Source: Wallemia ichthyophaga EXF-994 (Eukaryota > Fungi > Basidiomycota). Taken from it: a stretch of DNA of 248,000 nucleotides. The DNA is taken from contig NW_008806281.1 of the NCBI RefSeq assembly GCF_000400465.1, positions 20,001 through 268,000 on the forward strand, given 5' to 3'. Position numbers and translations under genes: made by a program. The notes under the pieces are model-generated. The model saw only the letters and a list, made by a program, of their open reading frames with translations, had not been told where the DNA came from and did no database searches. This document shows, piece after piece, positions 109,029-121,677 of the stretch. Within the stretch, counting starts at the first letter, position 1. Every line of letters starts with the position of its first letter.

Positions 109029-111675
109029 TCAAAGTATGGTTATTTGCGAATTTTGACTTGTGTTTCCTGTAAATCGCTTGGCAACGAAAGTCAACACTCT
109101 CAATCCACTCACCATCAACTTCGAGGCATCAGCAGTAGCAGAAACGACGGATCCTGCTTCAGATCCATCCATCAGGTATAAGCGAGCCCTATCATCTAGT
109201 TTGTGGGCATAGTATACGGGTATACCTAATGAAACCGCAAGATTAGCAATCTGGTATGTCATAGATGTCGCGTATATTGTCTGGCTGAGGGTTAGGACAT
109301 TGAATCCAATGTCTTCGTGTAATACGTCATATCTAAATTTCTAGAGGTACCCGTCAAGCCAGAGTGCGTGTAGGCGTAGAATTAAAATTGGTTTGGTCGA
109401 GTGACACTTGGGTGATCAATTATCGTTCCACTCTTGCAGCTGCATGATTTGTTCTGCAGATCATTTCTAAGCGGCGCGAATTTGACGTGAGGCAGCTTCT
109501 GTCTAACCATAACGGTGATCTTTGGAGTTTTGCCACCAATCAGCTCCTTGTATGCTTGAACAATTGCTAGCCTCTCGTGCTGGAGCACCTCTCGGTACTT
109601 GACGTCAGACACGCCATCTCTGACATGCAGAACGTGCCTAGGAATAGCACCTAGATTGCTCTCTCTCTCTGTAAACGTTGACATTTATTTTGGCCATGTT
109701 CTTCAGGTTCTCAATAATCTCCTGGCGTACTCTCAAAGGTACTTTACTGCCTATAAATTTAGGGACACGCTGGTCTGTGTTTGAGACAACTCCAACAATC
109801 GACATAATGGTCCTCATCTCATGAGGAGGGTAGGTAACATCGACACCGAAGCACATCACTCTTTCAGGCTGAGCAAGGTATGGATTGGGTGAAACCAGTG
109901 TATGGTTGACGCCATCTCCTTTCACGTTTATCTTCAAAAAAATATTCGAGACATAGGTTGGCTTGGCATTGATCGCCTTTTTTTGCCACAAATAATTGCG
110001 AAGGAACTCCTACATGTATGTCGCAGTATTGCTAGATGACTGTGTACGTGTTTGATTTTTCAAATTTGCAAGTTGTAAGGACAAAATCTGTCTTCACGTT
110101 CAATCTCTTCGATTCGTTGAGAATTGTCTTGACGCTGGCATTCTCGTTACGCAGGAAGCAAATTGCTGGCTCATGGAGTACCGTCATACCTCTCTTCATA
110201 CACACTGCAACAACATCTTTGAGGAAATTTGTCAGCCATTCGTACTCGTCTGGTCTTCCAAAAGCAAACAGCTTCCAGTTATTAATTGTCGCTGGCTTGA
110301 AGAATGTCATATTTTGTGAATTTCTATCCCATTCCACGTCAGGCTCGCTGGGTTGGATCTGAAGACGGTTGCCGTATTCAAGACTTGATGGCTTGATTAC
110401 TGATGCAGAGCATTCGATGGCATTAGAATCAATTTTGAAGCCAAATTCACTGATGACAGGGTTATTCCTGGAAAGAGACATTGCTTGACCACGATAGTTT
110501 TTCAGTCTCTACAATGACTTAACTTTGCAGAAACTCATTATGTCTTTGGTCTGGGCAGAATTTAAAACCCCGCCTGGATGAATCTGACCTGGGATAATGT
110601 TCAGTAGCTCCATTGAAAAAAATGTCATGCTTTTCCCAATAACGGGTAATTGAAGAAGCCTGAGCACAAAGTTGTGCGTAGATTTAAGATAAGCTGTGTT
110701 GCTCAGCTTTCTCCCATTGTACTCCTCAAATGTGTAAGTGTTTGCATTGTTCACGGAAACGTCTTGGATTTTGAAGGGTTGTTTACGGTTAGGGATGTGA
110801 TTGGTCTCAACCTTGACCTTCTTGAGCTGCTTCTCTAGCTGGCGTCTCATTTGGTTGTTGAGGCGGCGGTTTGGACCGACAGTCATATTTATTGAACCAC
110901 TCAGACTAATCAGCTTTAGGGCTATCGCGTGTAAGCGACCCTCCTACAAAATTTGAATGGACGATGTGTCAATGTTCAAGACAACGTCGTTTGCAGAAAG
111001 CCTTGTTGTACTACAAGGTGTTGAAAAGAAGAGGATCTCGTTGTCGAAAGGAAGCCTCTTTAAGCTATAAAGTAGAGCATGGTCATCGTAAGCAAACATA
111101 TTTCCAAAAGTGACTTCGCGTTCCTGATTTTCATTATTAGCCACACAACAAGGTCTCAGGTTGAGAGATAGAGCGCTTACCAAGAAAAACTTCACAGCGC
111201 GCAAAATATCGTTCCAGCTGCGTATCTTTGGCCTGTCTGCCTCGACGCTCACATCTTACACATGAAACGACTGTTAGCGGACTTTGGGTTTCTCCTTCAG
111301 GGGAAAGAGGTTGGAAGACACCTTCACTTGTTGGTTGGAGATGAATTGCTTTGGTTTTAGCGGTAGGATCACTTTTGAATACGACATTGTGAATGCGTGG
111401 AAATCAAGGTTGAGAACTGGGCAGATTAATTTTACAATAATTCAATTTTCAGAGACTCGAGGCTTTGGTGGTAGCTTAAAGTCAGTCAATTCATTGAGTA
111501 CATCATCGCCAATTTTCTCACTTGACTTCAAACGTGCATCTTTCATCAGCATCTTAAAGCTGGCTAGATGCGTTTTGTAGGCGTTTGATTCAGCTGGTGT
111601 ATTGATAGGAAGCTGAGTTTGAGCCAAGTGCGGACTCCACAAGCTGTGAATCAGGCAAAAGCTGAAAGCATTCAT
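109029..111675 (-). pseudogene. Argonaute pseudogene (ArgoN-PAZ-MID-PIWI)
   Basis: VKVSSNLFP, FAYDD..LYS, PAZ, GVDVTYP, RDGVS, PVYYAH in order; premature stops and frameshifts. Confidence 0.88.
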
Positions 111676-111749
111676 ACGTTAATCATGAGTACCATTTGTG
111701 GGTGTTCTTCAAGTCTTCTTCTAAGGATCTATATCATGCACAGTGCTCT

Positions 111750-111963
111750 AGATAGAAGTCATAATATGGTCAAAAGCGTTACAAGGATTAATATTTTTCG
111801 CCTATCTATACTTCTTGTGCATTGAAAGCTGTGGATTGTAGTGACTCAAAGGGATGCGGTTCTTGGCATGTGTGCCGCAAATTGGGAGGTAACTACGTGG
111901 AGCAACCGGAGGCGCGTGGATGGGTGCTGAGCTGGCTTTTGAAGAACTCTCAAAGAGTTGCAA
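111750..111963 (-). mobile_element. Short retroelement, family B, free copy (214 bp, TSD AGTGCTCT)
   Basis: Aligns to 177535-177746; 8-bp direct repeats at 111742-749 and 111964-971. Confidence 0.8.
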
Positions 111964-112167
111964 AGTGCTCTTGTCGCTGGAAAGTCCACGACAACAAACT
112001 TTGACTTGTTTCGATGTTGGCGCACATTTAATACAGCTTCAATATGTAATTACCAACTTCAAGTAGATTGGGGAAGGCGTAAAAACTCGTGAAAACCTCC
112101 AAAATAGAGAATTTCGTATAATAAGTTTTTACGGATATGAATGTTTTAGATCGGATCTTTTAGTATC

Positions 112168-112248
112168 GGTTCGATGGTCTAGGGGTATGATTCTCGCTTT
112201 GGGACACCAATTTGCGAGAGGTCCAGGGTTCAAATCCCTGTCGAACCC
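112168..112248 (+). tRNA. tRNA-Pro(TGG) with short intron
   Basis: GGTTCGA..CTCGC-TT-TGG-G..GCGAG..GTTCAAAT; T-run terminator. Confidence 0.93.
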
Positions 112249-114486
112249 TTCCTTTTTTTTCCATCGTTTCCAAGTGGATCTTTTTGATAGCACTCGCTCA
112301 GTCATAGTTGTATGGCAGCCTTGAATTGCAATTGGGTATTGCATTCAGTTCTTAGAAGGTAATGAGCCTGAAAATATGTGTGCTGTAGGATATCTCAGCG
112401 GACTTCTAAGTGTTCCCACGTGATTGCGTTAAGTGCTAGAATTTTTTGCTGGTGCTGTCGGCTCGCCGGCTGCTTGAAGTGCGCATCTCTCGATCGCATA
112501 CGCAAACACCATCTGGTGGCAATGCGTATTTCATCAAGCAGTGTCCAAATCAAAAGAATTACACTTCAAGGTAAGAATATTGTTCATTTTGATTTTTTTG
112601 GCCTTTCTGTTGTTTTAGGTTTGCTTGTATTCTTCACTCCTGTCTTGATTTTAATTTAAACTTTTCAACTTGTCAACCGTGTTTGTTTGCTTAAAACCCT
112701 CAAATGGATCATTGAAGAACGCTATTGTACTTTCTAAAGATTTTGAGCTACCGTTCTTGCTTTTCTCGTCTTTCACTTTCTTTTGCAGATCAATCTCCTC
112801 TTCTTTGAGTTGATGGTATCGTCAGTTAGTGCCAAAAGGAAGAAGGCACTAATCGCAGGACATGCTTTTCCCCAATTTTGGAGCAACTCAGTGCCAAATT
112901 TTTCAACCGAAACGTTTCGCGCTGAGGCTTCCTTTGATAACACCCTCTGGTCAAATTCGGGAATTCTCTTTAAACAAATTGATCCTCTTCATAGATTGAA
113001 GGATTAAAAAACCTTATGTTTGGCAAATCATCTAGCGGAGGTAATTGCATGCCGAAATCATCGAAGGTGAAAAATTTAAACTTGCTTTCCCTATTTGCTT
113101 CTTCTTATGATTCGTGATAGTTTTCTACTGGGAATAATAAGTTGTGAATGAGATTGTGAATTTTGTCATGTTCCTAGTGGAAGATTGCCAATGTTGATTC
113201 AGTGTGTTTGTTGGTGAGCTTGGGTGATTGGACAGGCAACCAAATACATAAAATACTGCGAGCGCTAGCACTATAAACAAAAGTGTATTTGCTGCTCCTT
113301 AGCGCTTGCTGTGCATGCAGATAGCCACGTGACTAGCCATGAGGGTATTCGATAACCCACAGTCAGCAATAAGATTAATTGAATGCACCGAAAGCTTTGA
113401 GGAAAATAGCTGAGCAGATATGTTTACGCCGTTAGCCGGTGTTACCGGGAACGAGGGTAGCCGGATTCGTGAAAAACAACAAACACGAGGCGCGAGTCAC
113501 GTGTTTCTTGGCTGCCGCTGCGGTATTTAGGTGGCCCACATTCCTTACTCTTCTCCTTGCGTTAAAACGTCTTGGGGGCCATATTAAGGCAGGTATAATC
113601 CTTTCCCTGTAAATATTCTGCACTAATCCCAGTAAACTTTACCTTCACTGGTTCAACTCTCTCTGAACTTCATTAAGAGCTGGCAGTCCGTTCAAAGTCC
113701 GCTTTGAGTGTTACTCTAAGGAAGTTTGCTATCATCACTTGGACTCTCTAACCTCAACCACCAAGACGAGGCAGTCCGCAGATGATGTAAATGTGATTTC
113801 GCAAAGTTGAAAGAGTTGTACGACTACGACAATTCTATATTTGCAATTTAGATAGCCTTTTCAAATGTCATACCATCCATCGCTTAGCGATATTGGTGTT
113901 TCGCCGTATTTGTTTTTCTGCTCGAGTTCAAGTACGGCTAATCACCAGAGTTGGTATAAGAAATATCCGCCAAGTGCGTGTTTGATATCGCTAGCGATGA
114001 CGTTGCCGTTGTGACGCTGTGTGCGACGTGCGATACGTCTTGGGGATATTCTTGGAAGCAATCGAGGTTGGTTTAGCGTTAACGACCTCACATAATCTCG
114101 TTTAAATTCGTCTTGGGCATTTTGGCGCCATCATATGCACTGTAATCAATTGAAATGCGCTTGGTGCGGCAATTAGCTAGTTGATTTGCAAATCGAATAT
114201 AGTTATCAAGTCTAGATACAACCTCTACACGCTCTAATTCTTACTAACTGCGTCATTATCGCATCATAGTTGCTGGCTTGCCGCTTTTGACCTTCACGCC
114301 AATCAATTTCCTCATTTGGATGAGACGGGACTATAACATAGTACAGATGGCTCAATTACTCTTTGCTAAGCTCCTGCACTTTATTGCCAAAGTCAAAGTC
114401 AACATGGAATAGTAAGTGGTGTGCATCATAACTGAAACACCACCTAAGCCATAAATCACAGCTTCGATTACAAACCACAGAAAGAG

Positions 114487-115353
114487 TTGTATTTCACGCT
114501 GGACAACACCAATGAAAAAGTGTCATACTGGACAGTAAACTCGCGTTACGTCGGCGATAATAAATCTATTGAGGTCATATTAAGACGCGACAACTACAGC
114601 AAGCCATTCACGATTCGCATATACGACAGACGCTACGACCAAAATCGTCCAGAGATGTGGAATAGGGATAAGGAGCAGGAGTTCAGACAAGCTCTGAATA
114701 ATGGTGACAGCAAGTTACAGGCTGGGGAAGTGGAAGCGTGGAGAGCATGCAACGCTCAATTCGAAAGGGATTTGGCTACAATGCAAACCATAAAAAGTGA
114801 GCCACTCTACTGTGTGCAGCAATTCGTCACCACTGTTACTTTTGAAATCAGCGTCGCCCCACCGGGCCATTCCCAGAAATACTTCACTGCGAGAGGATTC
114901 CTTCTTGAAGGCATGGGCGGCGCTCTTCCTCTAACAAGTAAGATTGAAGATGAGGATGCCGAGCTTCTTGTCAAAGATGCATGCAGATCCTTCGACAAGC
115001 TTGCGCATCTTGGTATATGTCTTGCAGAATATGATATGAATCATGTTAGCTTCCTCAGGGAATTTGGATTGGAGGCCAAGTTTCAACAGATCAGCAATTG
115101 CTTGCTTAAGAACGAGGCAGTTAGCCCTGTCGCGTGGAAGGCCGACGTTGCACACCACAGAATACTCTTCAAGGATGCTGTGATGTTCGCAATTGATAAT
115201 CACAAGAGAAAGCTTCAACTACCGAACAAATCTTGGGTGGATGATTGCAAGAGTGTTAAAAGCGGTGGCATCAGCAGCGGTAGAAAAAGGAAGAAAAAGT
115301 GGAAATCTGCGGTGCGATACTCACGCGCTGCGACGTGCAATCTCATCTCTTGA
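114487..115353 (+). CDS. Kinase-like fold protein, possibly degraded
   Basis: GFLLEGMGG..FDKLAHLGICLAEYD resembles fungal kinase-like lobes; no clear ATG. Confidence 0.3.
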   Translation: MYFTLDNTNEKVSYWTVNSRYVGDNKSIEVILRRDNYSKPFTIRIYDRRYDQNRPEMWNRDKEQEFRQALNNGDSKLQAGEVEAWRACNAQFERDLATMQTIKSEPLYCVQQFVTTVTFEISVAPPGHSQKYFTARGFLLEGMGGALPLTSKIEDEDAELLVKDACRSFDKLAHLGICLAEYDMNHVSFLREFGLEAKFQQISNCLLKNEAVSPVAWKADVAHHRILFKDAVMFAIDNHKRKLQLPNKSWVDDCKSVKSGGISSGRKRKKKWKSAVRYSRAATCNLIS

Positions 115354-115693
115354 GGTTGTGCATATGCTTTAAGGTCGTTTTTGATACAGGTTACATTTCA
115401 ATCAATTAGCTAGTTTTGCTTCATATTCACGTCGTCCTCTTCAAATTCACTCAAGTCACTCCCTTTAGTTTCCATTTCAAATTTTGTAATGTTTCACATG
115501 TATATTTGCTACAAGAAAAGGGGTGAAGACGTAATGAGTGAATTGGAGTGAATTGGATAAGTTAGTTAGGAATTTCTTATTAAAAGGGTGAAGAATGTAC
115601 GTGACTGAATGGGCTGCTATGTGGAGATAAGTTAAGCAAGAGGGCCAGCCTCTTTAATGGTGTAGCTGAGTGTTGTGCTATGTGCTGCGTGCA

Positions 115694-116240
115694 TCACTGA
115701 GCTGAAGCGGTGATAGTAATCGCGGGTGTGGGAGCAAAGTCAGCGTTGGAGAAAGGATCATTGAGGTGGATGTTAGACGAGCTCGGAACAATTTCTCCCT
115801 TGCTCGACAGTCTTGGAACGGGCTTTCTCTTAACGCTAGCCAGTCTGCCAACGCTTGAAGCTGATCTGGGGAGCGCGCCTAAGCCATCATCAGATACAGT
115901 GAGATTGAGTGGCTGAGATTGAGTGGTGTCTGCATTCCCATCCCCATTTTCATTTTCCTTCTCGCCGCTATCGTTCTGCATTTGCATTTGCACCTGCGCA
116001 GCCCGCAGCTGTGCATCCTTGATAGAAATGCTGTTCTGCATGATGGGAGACTCGCGCACTTGTTGAACATTCTCCTTGTCCTTGTCTTTGGATGTGTGCG
116101 ATAGATGCGCGAATGAATTCTACGCGTCGTTATCGTTAGCCGTCTCGTCGAACTTATTAGCACACCACGCTCACCTTGACTGGCCCGCCGATAACGAGCT
116201 TATTGAGACGCTTTCTGTGCGTTGAGTTGTCGTCAACTTC
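115694..116240 (-). CDS. Hypothetical low-complexity protein
   Basis: KRKPVPRL motif; ORF plus upstream extension. Confidence 0.4.
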
Positions 116241-116377
116241 ATGCGTATTTACACAAGGTATCAGCATGTCTGCGTCCGACCTCTGCGATGTGGTGGTTTA
116301 AGACAAAATCGACAAATATTTTTAAGTTTGGAATGTCTCTGCCTAAAAAGGAAATCTTACACGGCAGATGAAAGTTT

Positions 116378-117870
116378 TCAAATAGTTAGTTTAGATACAT
116401 TTACGTCATCACGTTGTTCAATTAGTATAGCCATATTGCTGGTAGCCGCCATAAGAGGGCTGGTCGTATGAGTATCCTTGATATCCACTCTGATCGTAAG
116501 ATACACCTCCTCCATATCCACCCCCTGTTTGAGCATTTGCACTAGCCCATATCTGAAAATTTGATTTGTTAGCTCGCTGTGTTTGATACAGTTACACTCT
116601 TCACTCACGTCTGGATTACGCCATGGTGGCAGGTTCTTGCCTTCTGACTGCCATTTCTCAACATAGGATGTATGTGTTGGTTGGGCAGCAGTCTGCCCAC
116701 TACCACCCTCAATCATACCCTTACTGGTACCGCCGCCTTCGCCAAGCTCAGCCATGAGGTTTGCGTACTCACTATCGAAACCAGGTGCATTGGAAGCGCC
116801 CTTGATCTGCTCCGCTTGGGCTGGATTGACGGTACAGTCTCTGGACAAGTGACCAGACTGACCACACAGCGCACATTTAATCTGCGTAGTAATGCTTTCA
116901 CCCTCTGGACACTCCCATCTTCTGTGGCCGGCGGCACCGCAGCTCTGACAGATTTGGCCTTCGTCGTCTCTGAGAGTGCCGTTCAAAGAGGCGAGCTCTC
117001 TGAGTTGGCTGCGCTTATGATCGTTCTCACCCTCTGGTGTTGAAGCTGCAGTCTCTATGACCTTGTTGATAAGCTTTACACACCTCCTCACTTTCTCCTC
117101 CGAGTCTGCGCTAACAACGCAATGAAGATCCTCTTCGCCCGATGAATCCATACTATCTGGCCTACCCTTACCCTCCTTGACGGAACCTTTACCTCTGATA
117201 GATATCTTAGCGCCAGACTGTCTCTCCATGTTCTTGAGTGAGTTGCCACGCGGTCCAACAAGTAAACCAAAAAAGTTAACTTCTGGGAAGTCATGTGTGG
117301 GGATGTAGACTTTTTCAGTGGGGCGCGTTGACCGCCTAGCCTGGTTATAATCGGAAGGAGGTCTGTAGCTGGGATCCATCTTCATCACCTTATCGATAAG
117401 TTTAATGCGCTCTCTCTCAAGCTTAAGTTTGTAGCGTTGTTCGCGGGTATTAGTGCGTTTACCCCAGCTATCGTAGCTTGGGGGTGGAGAAGGGCTGCGT
117501 TCAGCTTCTGAAGGGACAAACCTGCCTTTAAGTATTTTCTGATTAATCTCCTCAATACGCATTTGAGCAGCGTAACATTCAATAGCCTTTGGTGCCGCGT
117601 TGGCGTTGTAGATGGCGGTGGGGAGGACAGCACCCGAGTCTGCAGCATCGCCCCATCTCGATTTACGCTTGCGTGGGTGATCGCTGGGAGGTGGCGGTGG
117701 AGGCATTTCTCTCATCCTCTTCTCTGGTCTTTCTGTTGGTCTTCCGCGGGGTGCTTCTTCCTCAACGCCGTTTCCATACTTGCGTCTGTTACCCAGTGGG
117801 ATATTGTTAGCTGTGAGTGGCGTATTAGCGGTGGGTCTGTGTACACGCCATTCTCCACTCGCCTGAGGAC
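116378..117870 (-). CDS. MSL5: Branchpoint-bridging protein (SF1)
   Basis: RKRKSRW; RSPSPPP; KH NFFGLLVGPRG; two CCHC knuckles. Confidence 0.95.
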
Positions 117871-118043
117871 ATGGGCGTTGGTGATGAAGAGGTGCAGCTA
117901 CAGCGCGGAGAAAGAGCTGCAAAATTTTTAGAGACGCGGGAGTATCCGTGGGGTGGCTGTGCGGCATCTAGAAGTGTATCTGTATCTCTACTCGCTTCCA
118001 CCCGCTTTCTACCCTCTTGCAGCCACCATCACCATCAAAACCG

Positions 118044-119849
118044 ATGGAATCTACCACACAGATCAAAACACGCTTGAGGCAATCTACTCGCGATTGCTCA
118101 GCGCGTGGTTTGATATTCGCCTCAATCTGGTCAGCCGAGATGGCAGCGTGTATGCGTATACCCATTGACAGTGCGAGCAATACACCTGCAGCGTTCCTCA
118201 CTTCCACGCCTGCACGAGCCACGCACGGCGACAGATCGTTCAATCCACCCGACGCCTTATCGTTCGACGACGACCAAGAGCTCGCGAGCGACGAAGAAGA
118301 TGTCTACGCGCTCGCCAAAGCCTATTACGACGCTAGGGAGTTCGACAGGTGCGCCACTGTCCTCTCCAACTGCACCACCGACAAGAGTTTATTTCTCGCA
118401 CTGTATGCCCGCTATTTGGACAGCGAGAGACGCATCCAGGAACGCACTGAACCTATCATGGGTGCGTCATTGTCTTGGTGTTGCGACTAGCTCAAGCTCA
118501 CAATACCAATCCAGGCCCACGCGATACGCGACGAGAGAATGCCAATACCCAAGTACCGCAGATCTTGGCCCACCTGCGCGACCCCAAGGACGCATTCCTG
118601 CTCTATCTCAAAGGTATCCTACTTCACCGCTCCTCTAAGCGGATAGAAGCGATGGATGCACTCATCAAATCGCTCAATGCGAATCCATGGAACTGGAGTG
118701 CGTGGTTGATGTTAGGAGTGTGTGTGCAAGACATTGACGATGTAAGTGTGGTGTGTGTGTATAAGCACAGAATGAAGAATAAAAAAAGTTGACCATGCCT
118801 AGCTCAGCGCCATTGAGTTGCACCTCCCACAAGGTGTAATGATGAGGATATTCAGCGTGCACATGCTCATAGAACTGCACGCAGTAACGGAGAAGCTTCA
118901 CGGGGCACTAGATGAGCTTGAGGAGGTTTTCACTGACTCTACGCACATCCACAGTCAGCGCGCATTTGTCTATTACAACATGCATCAGATGGAAGAGGCT
119001 GAAGAGATCTTTGACAGGCTATACGCACGTGACCCGCATCGCACGCAGGACCTCGACCTTTACAGCAACATCATCTACGTGATGGGCAACCAGACCAAGT
119101 TGGCTGCGCTAGCGCACGGTGTTGTGCAGCACAACCGGAGTGATCCGCAAGTTTGCTGTCTTGTTGGAAATTACTTCAGTATTCGAGGGGAGCACGAGAA
119201 GGCCATCATGTACTTCAGACGTGCACTGCGGCTGGATCGCGCCTACTTGAGTGCGTGGACGCTCATGGGGCATGAGTACATCGAGCTGAAGAACTCACAT
119301 GCTGCCGTCGAGGCTTACCGACGGGCTATCGACGCTAATGCGAAAGATTACAGAGCATGGTATGGTCTCGCACAAGCATATGAATTGCTCGGTATGTACA
119401 ACTACTCCCTTTACTTCTACCAGAGAGCTACAGCACTGCGTCCATATGACCAACGTATGTGGCATGCCCTCAGCAGCAACTATGAACATCTCAGACGGTT
119501 CGACGACGCTATCAAGTGTCAATTGAGATATATGGAGCTTGCTACAGATACAGTCGATCCTAAGATGCACATCAAACTGTCCAAACTGTACAAAGACGCT
119601 CGTTTGGCACACGAAAGCGCCCTCGAATTGCGCAAGGTTTACGATATTGTCGAATCAAGCTCCGGCGAGTTGAGAGTGACCGATTACGTAAACGTCTATC
119701 GCGAACTGGCTGTCTGGGAACTCAACCATGGAAATACTGCACTCGCGCAGTCGTATCTGATCAAGGTCGTCGAAACAAACGCCCCAGAGCGCGAAGAAGC
119801 CATGTCTATATTGCGCTCTATCCAGGTCAAGGAGCTAGGGCAGATGTAG
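118044..119849 (+). CDS. CDC23: APC/C subunit 8
   Basis: LAKAYYDAREFDRC; TPRs WTLMGHEY. Confidence 0.94.
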
Positions 119850-119955
119850 ATGTAAATGTAAACTAGTTGATATGCACTATGCATAAATTGAAAACTAAGT
119901 AAAACAACTAAGAATGATAGTAAGAAAGAAGAAAGAAAATGCCTATGCTAAGATT

Positions 119956-120650
119956 TTAGATATCTACAGCGCCTGGGACCTGGTCGTCAGAAGGCAAGCT
120001 GCCCTGATCAGATATTTCGACATCCGAGTCGTCGTCATTGTCTTGATCGAGCTTGACATTTTCTGGGAGGGCGAAGCGTTGAATGTAATCTGCGGGTGAG
120101 TGTATGATCAGCGTAAATGCCCTGAAAACCCGTTCCAACTCACCCTTTACTTTGGTTTCATAGCTTTGGGCATCGCGCATGGAAAGGGCAGCAGCCTCGC
120201 CATTGAGTGGATCCGAAGGGTTGGGATATCTGAGCAACTGGGGCAGGAACACCTCGAAGATGTTTATCAGATCGAACATGGGTGACCAAGTCTGATTGAT
120301 GACATCAAGACACACACTACCACTCTGCTCATCGATATTTGGGTGAAATATTCTATTGAGGAATCCAATTGAAGGGGATTTGAATGGATACTGGTCAGGT
120401 AATTCTACGCGTACTTTCCATACACCGCCTTGGTAGTGTGCTGGTGACAGCGCCATTAGAGTGGGCAATTGGGCAATTGGGCCACTCACTCTCTTTGGGA
120501 CCGTGGAATCTAACAAAAAACTCTTGCATGTTGTCGTTGCTGAGATTCACTTCGTACTCGGACATGAGACTGTTGTTGTGTACGTTAGTCTCTTACCGCT
120601 TTCGGAAATAACCAACTGACAGCTTGAATACATCAGTCTCTATTCTGCGC
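119956..120650 (-). CDS. UBC8: Ubiquitin-conjugating enzyme E2 H
   Basis: [29 protein letters not shown]. Confidence 0.93.
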
Positions 120651-120749
120651 CGTGGTGAACTGTGCTGGCAGTGTCAGTGGCTAGGCCTCGAGATTTCACG
120701 CTCAACTTATCATGACGGAATCTATTAAACTCGATAAGGCGAGCGATTG

Positions 120750-121654
120750 CGGGAGAGAAAGGAGGAAAAGAGCAATGTATAAATATTTACAAGTTCCAAA
120801 TAGATACTCAGGTATACTAAAATTACCTTCAAAGCGTGCAGTAGTTGTGTTTGAGCAATCCATAGCTACCTTTCTGTGCGTACTTTGCGACACTCTGGCC
120901 AAGTTTCGCAGCCTCACTCTGTAACTTCTCCTCGGAGCATACAACGTCGACTATACCAACCTCATTCAGCTGCGGTGGAGTCCAGCGCCTGCAATCCAGT
121001 ATTGTCTGTCTGATCAGCTGCCAGTTGTTGAGGCGACGCATCAATACCGAAAGCATGCCCGGGGGAATGTTAGAGGCGAATCTGAAGACCTCTCAGCAAT
121101 ATCCCTGATGATACCCCCACTTACTCATTCTCATTCATGCAGAACCACCCTCTGCCGTTGGATTTACCGACGATATAGTCACAGCAGAGCGCCAAGACGA
121201 ATCCCATGGCGAAGGCGTGTCCATTGACGGCTGCGATTGTGGGCACTGTATGATATCAACATGCAAATGAAGACAGACATAGAGTTGACTCACAGGGGAA
121301 ACTGGATAAACGGAGAATGAAAGGGTCTAGAATACTGGCGAAGAACATCTTATCGTCCAGCGCCTTATCGAGTACTAAACCGTTGCTGAAGAATTTCAGC
121401 CCTGAACCCGTGAGAACCAGAGATGCAGCCGGATACAAGTCGCTACGAAGGGACCTCCAATGAGATTCTACATCATCTAAAGCCTTGGATAACCCCAAAT
121501 CGAGGAAATCCCTTTCAATTCGGTTCTCTGGCTGGCCATTAGACAATCTATTCATCGTAATCTTGTAGATGTTTGAATTTGGCATTGAGAGAGTACACAA
121601 GTGCTCTCCATTGTGCTTGTAGTGCTTATCTTGAAATACAACTATGTCGGACAT
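120750..121654 (-). CDS. Enoyl-CoA delta isomerase (crotonase fold)
   Basis: KFFSNGL; AAVNGHAFAMG. Confidence 0.8.
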
Positions 121655-121677
121655 GACTATACAGGTAATACCCGGTT

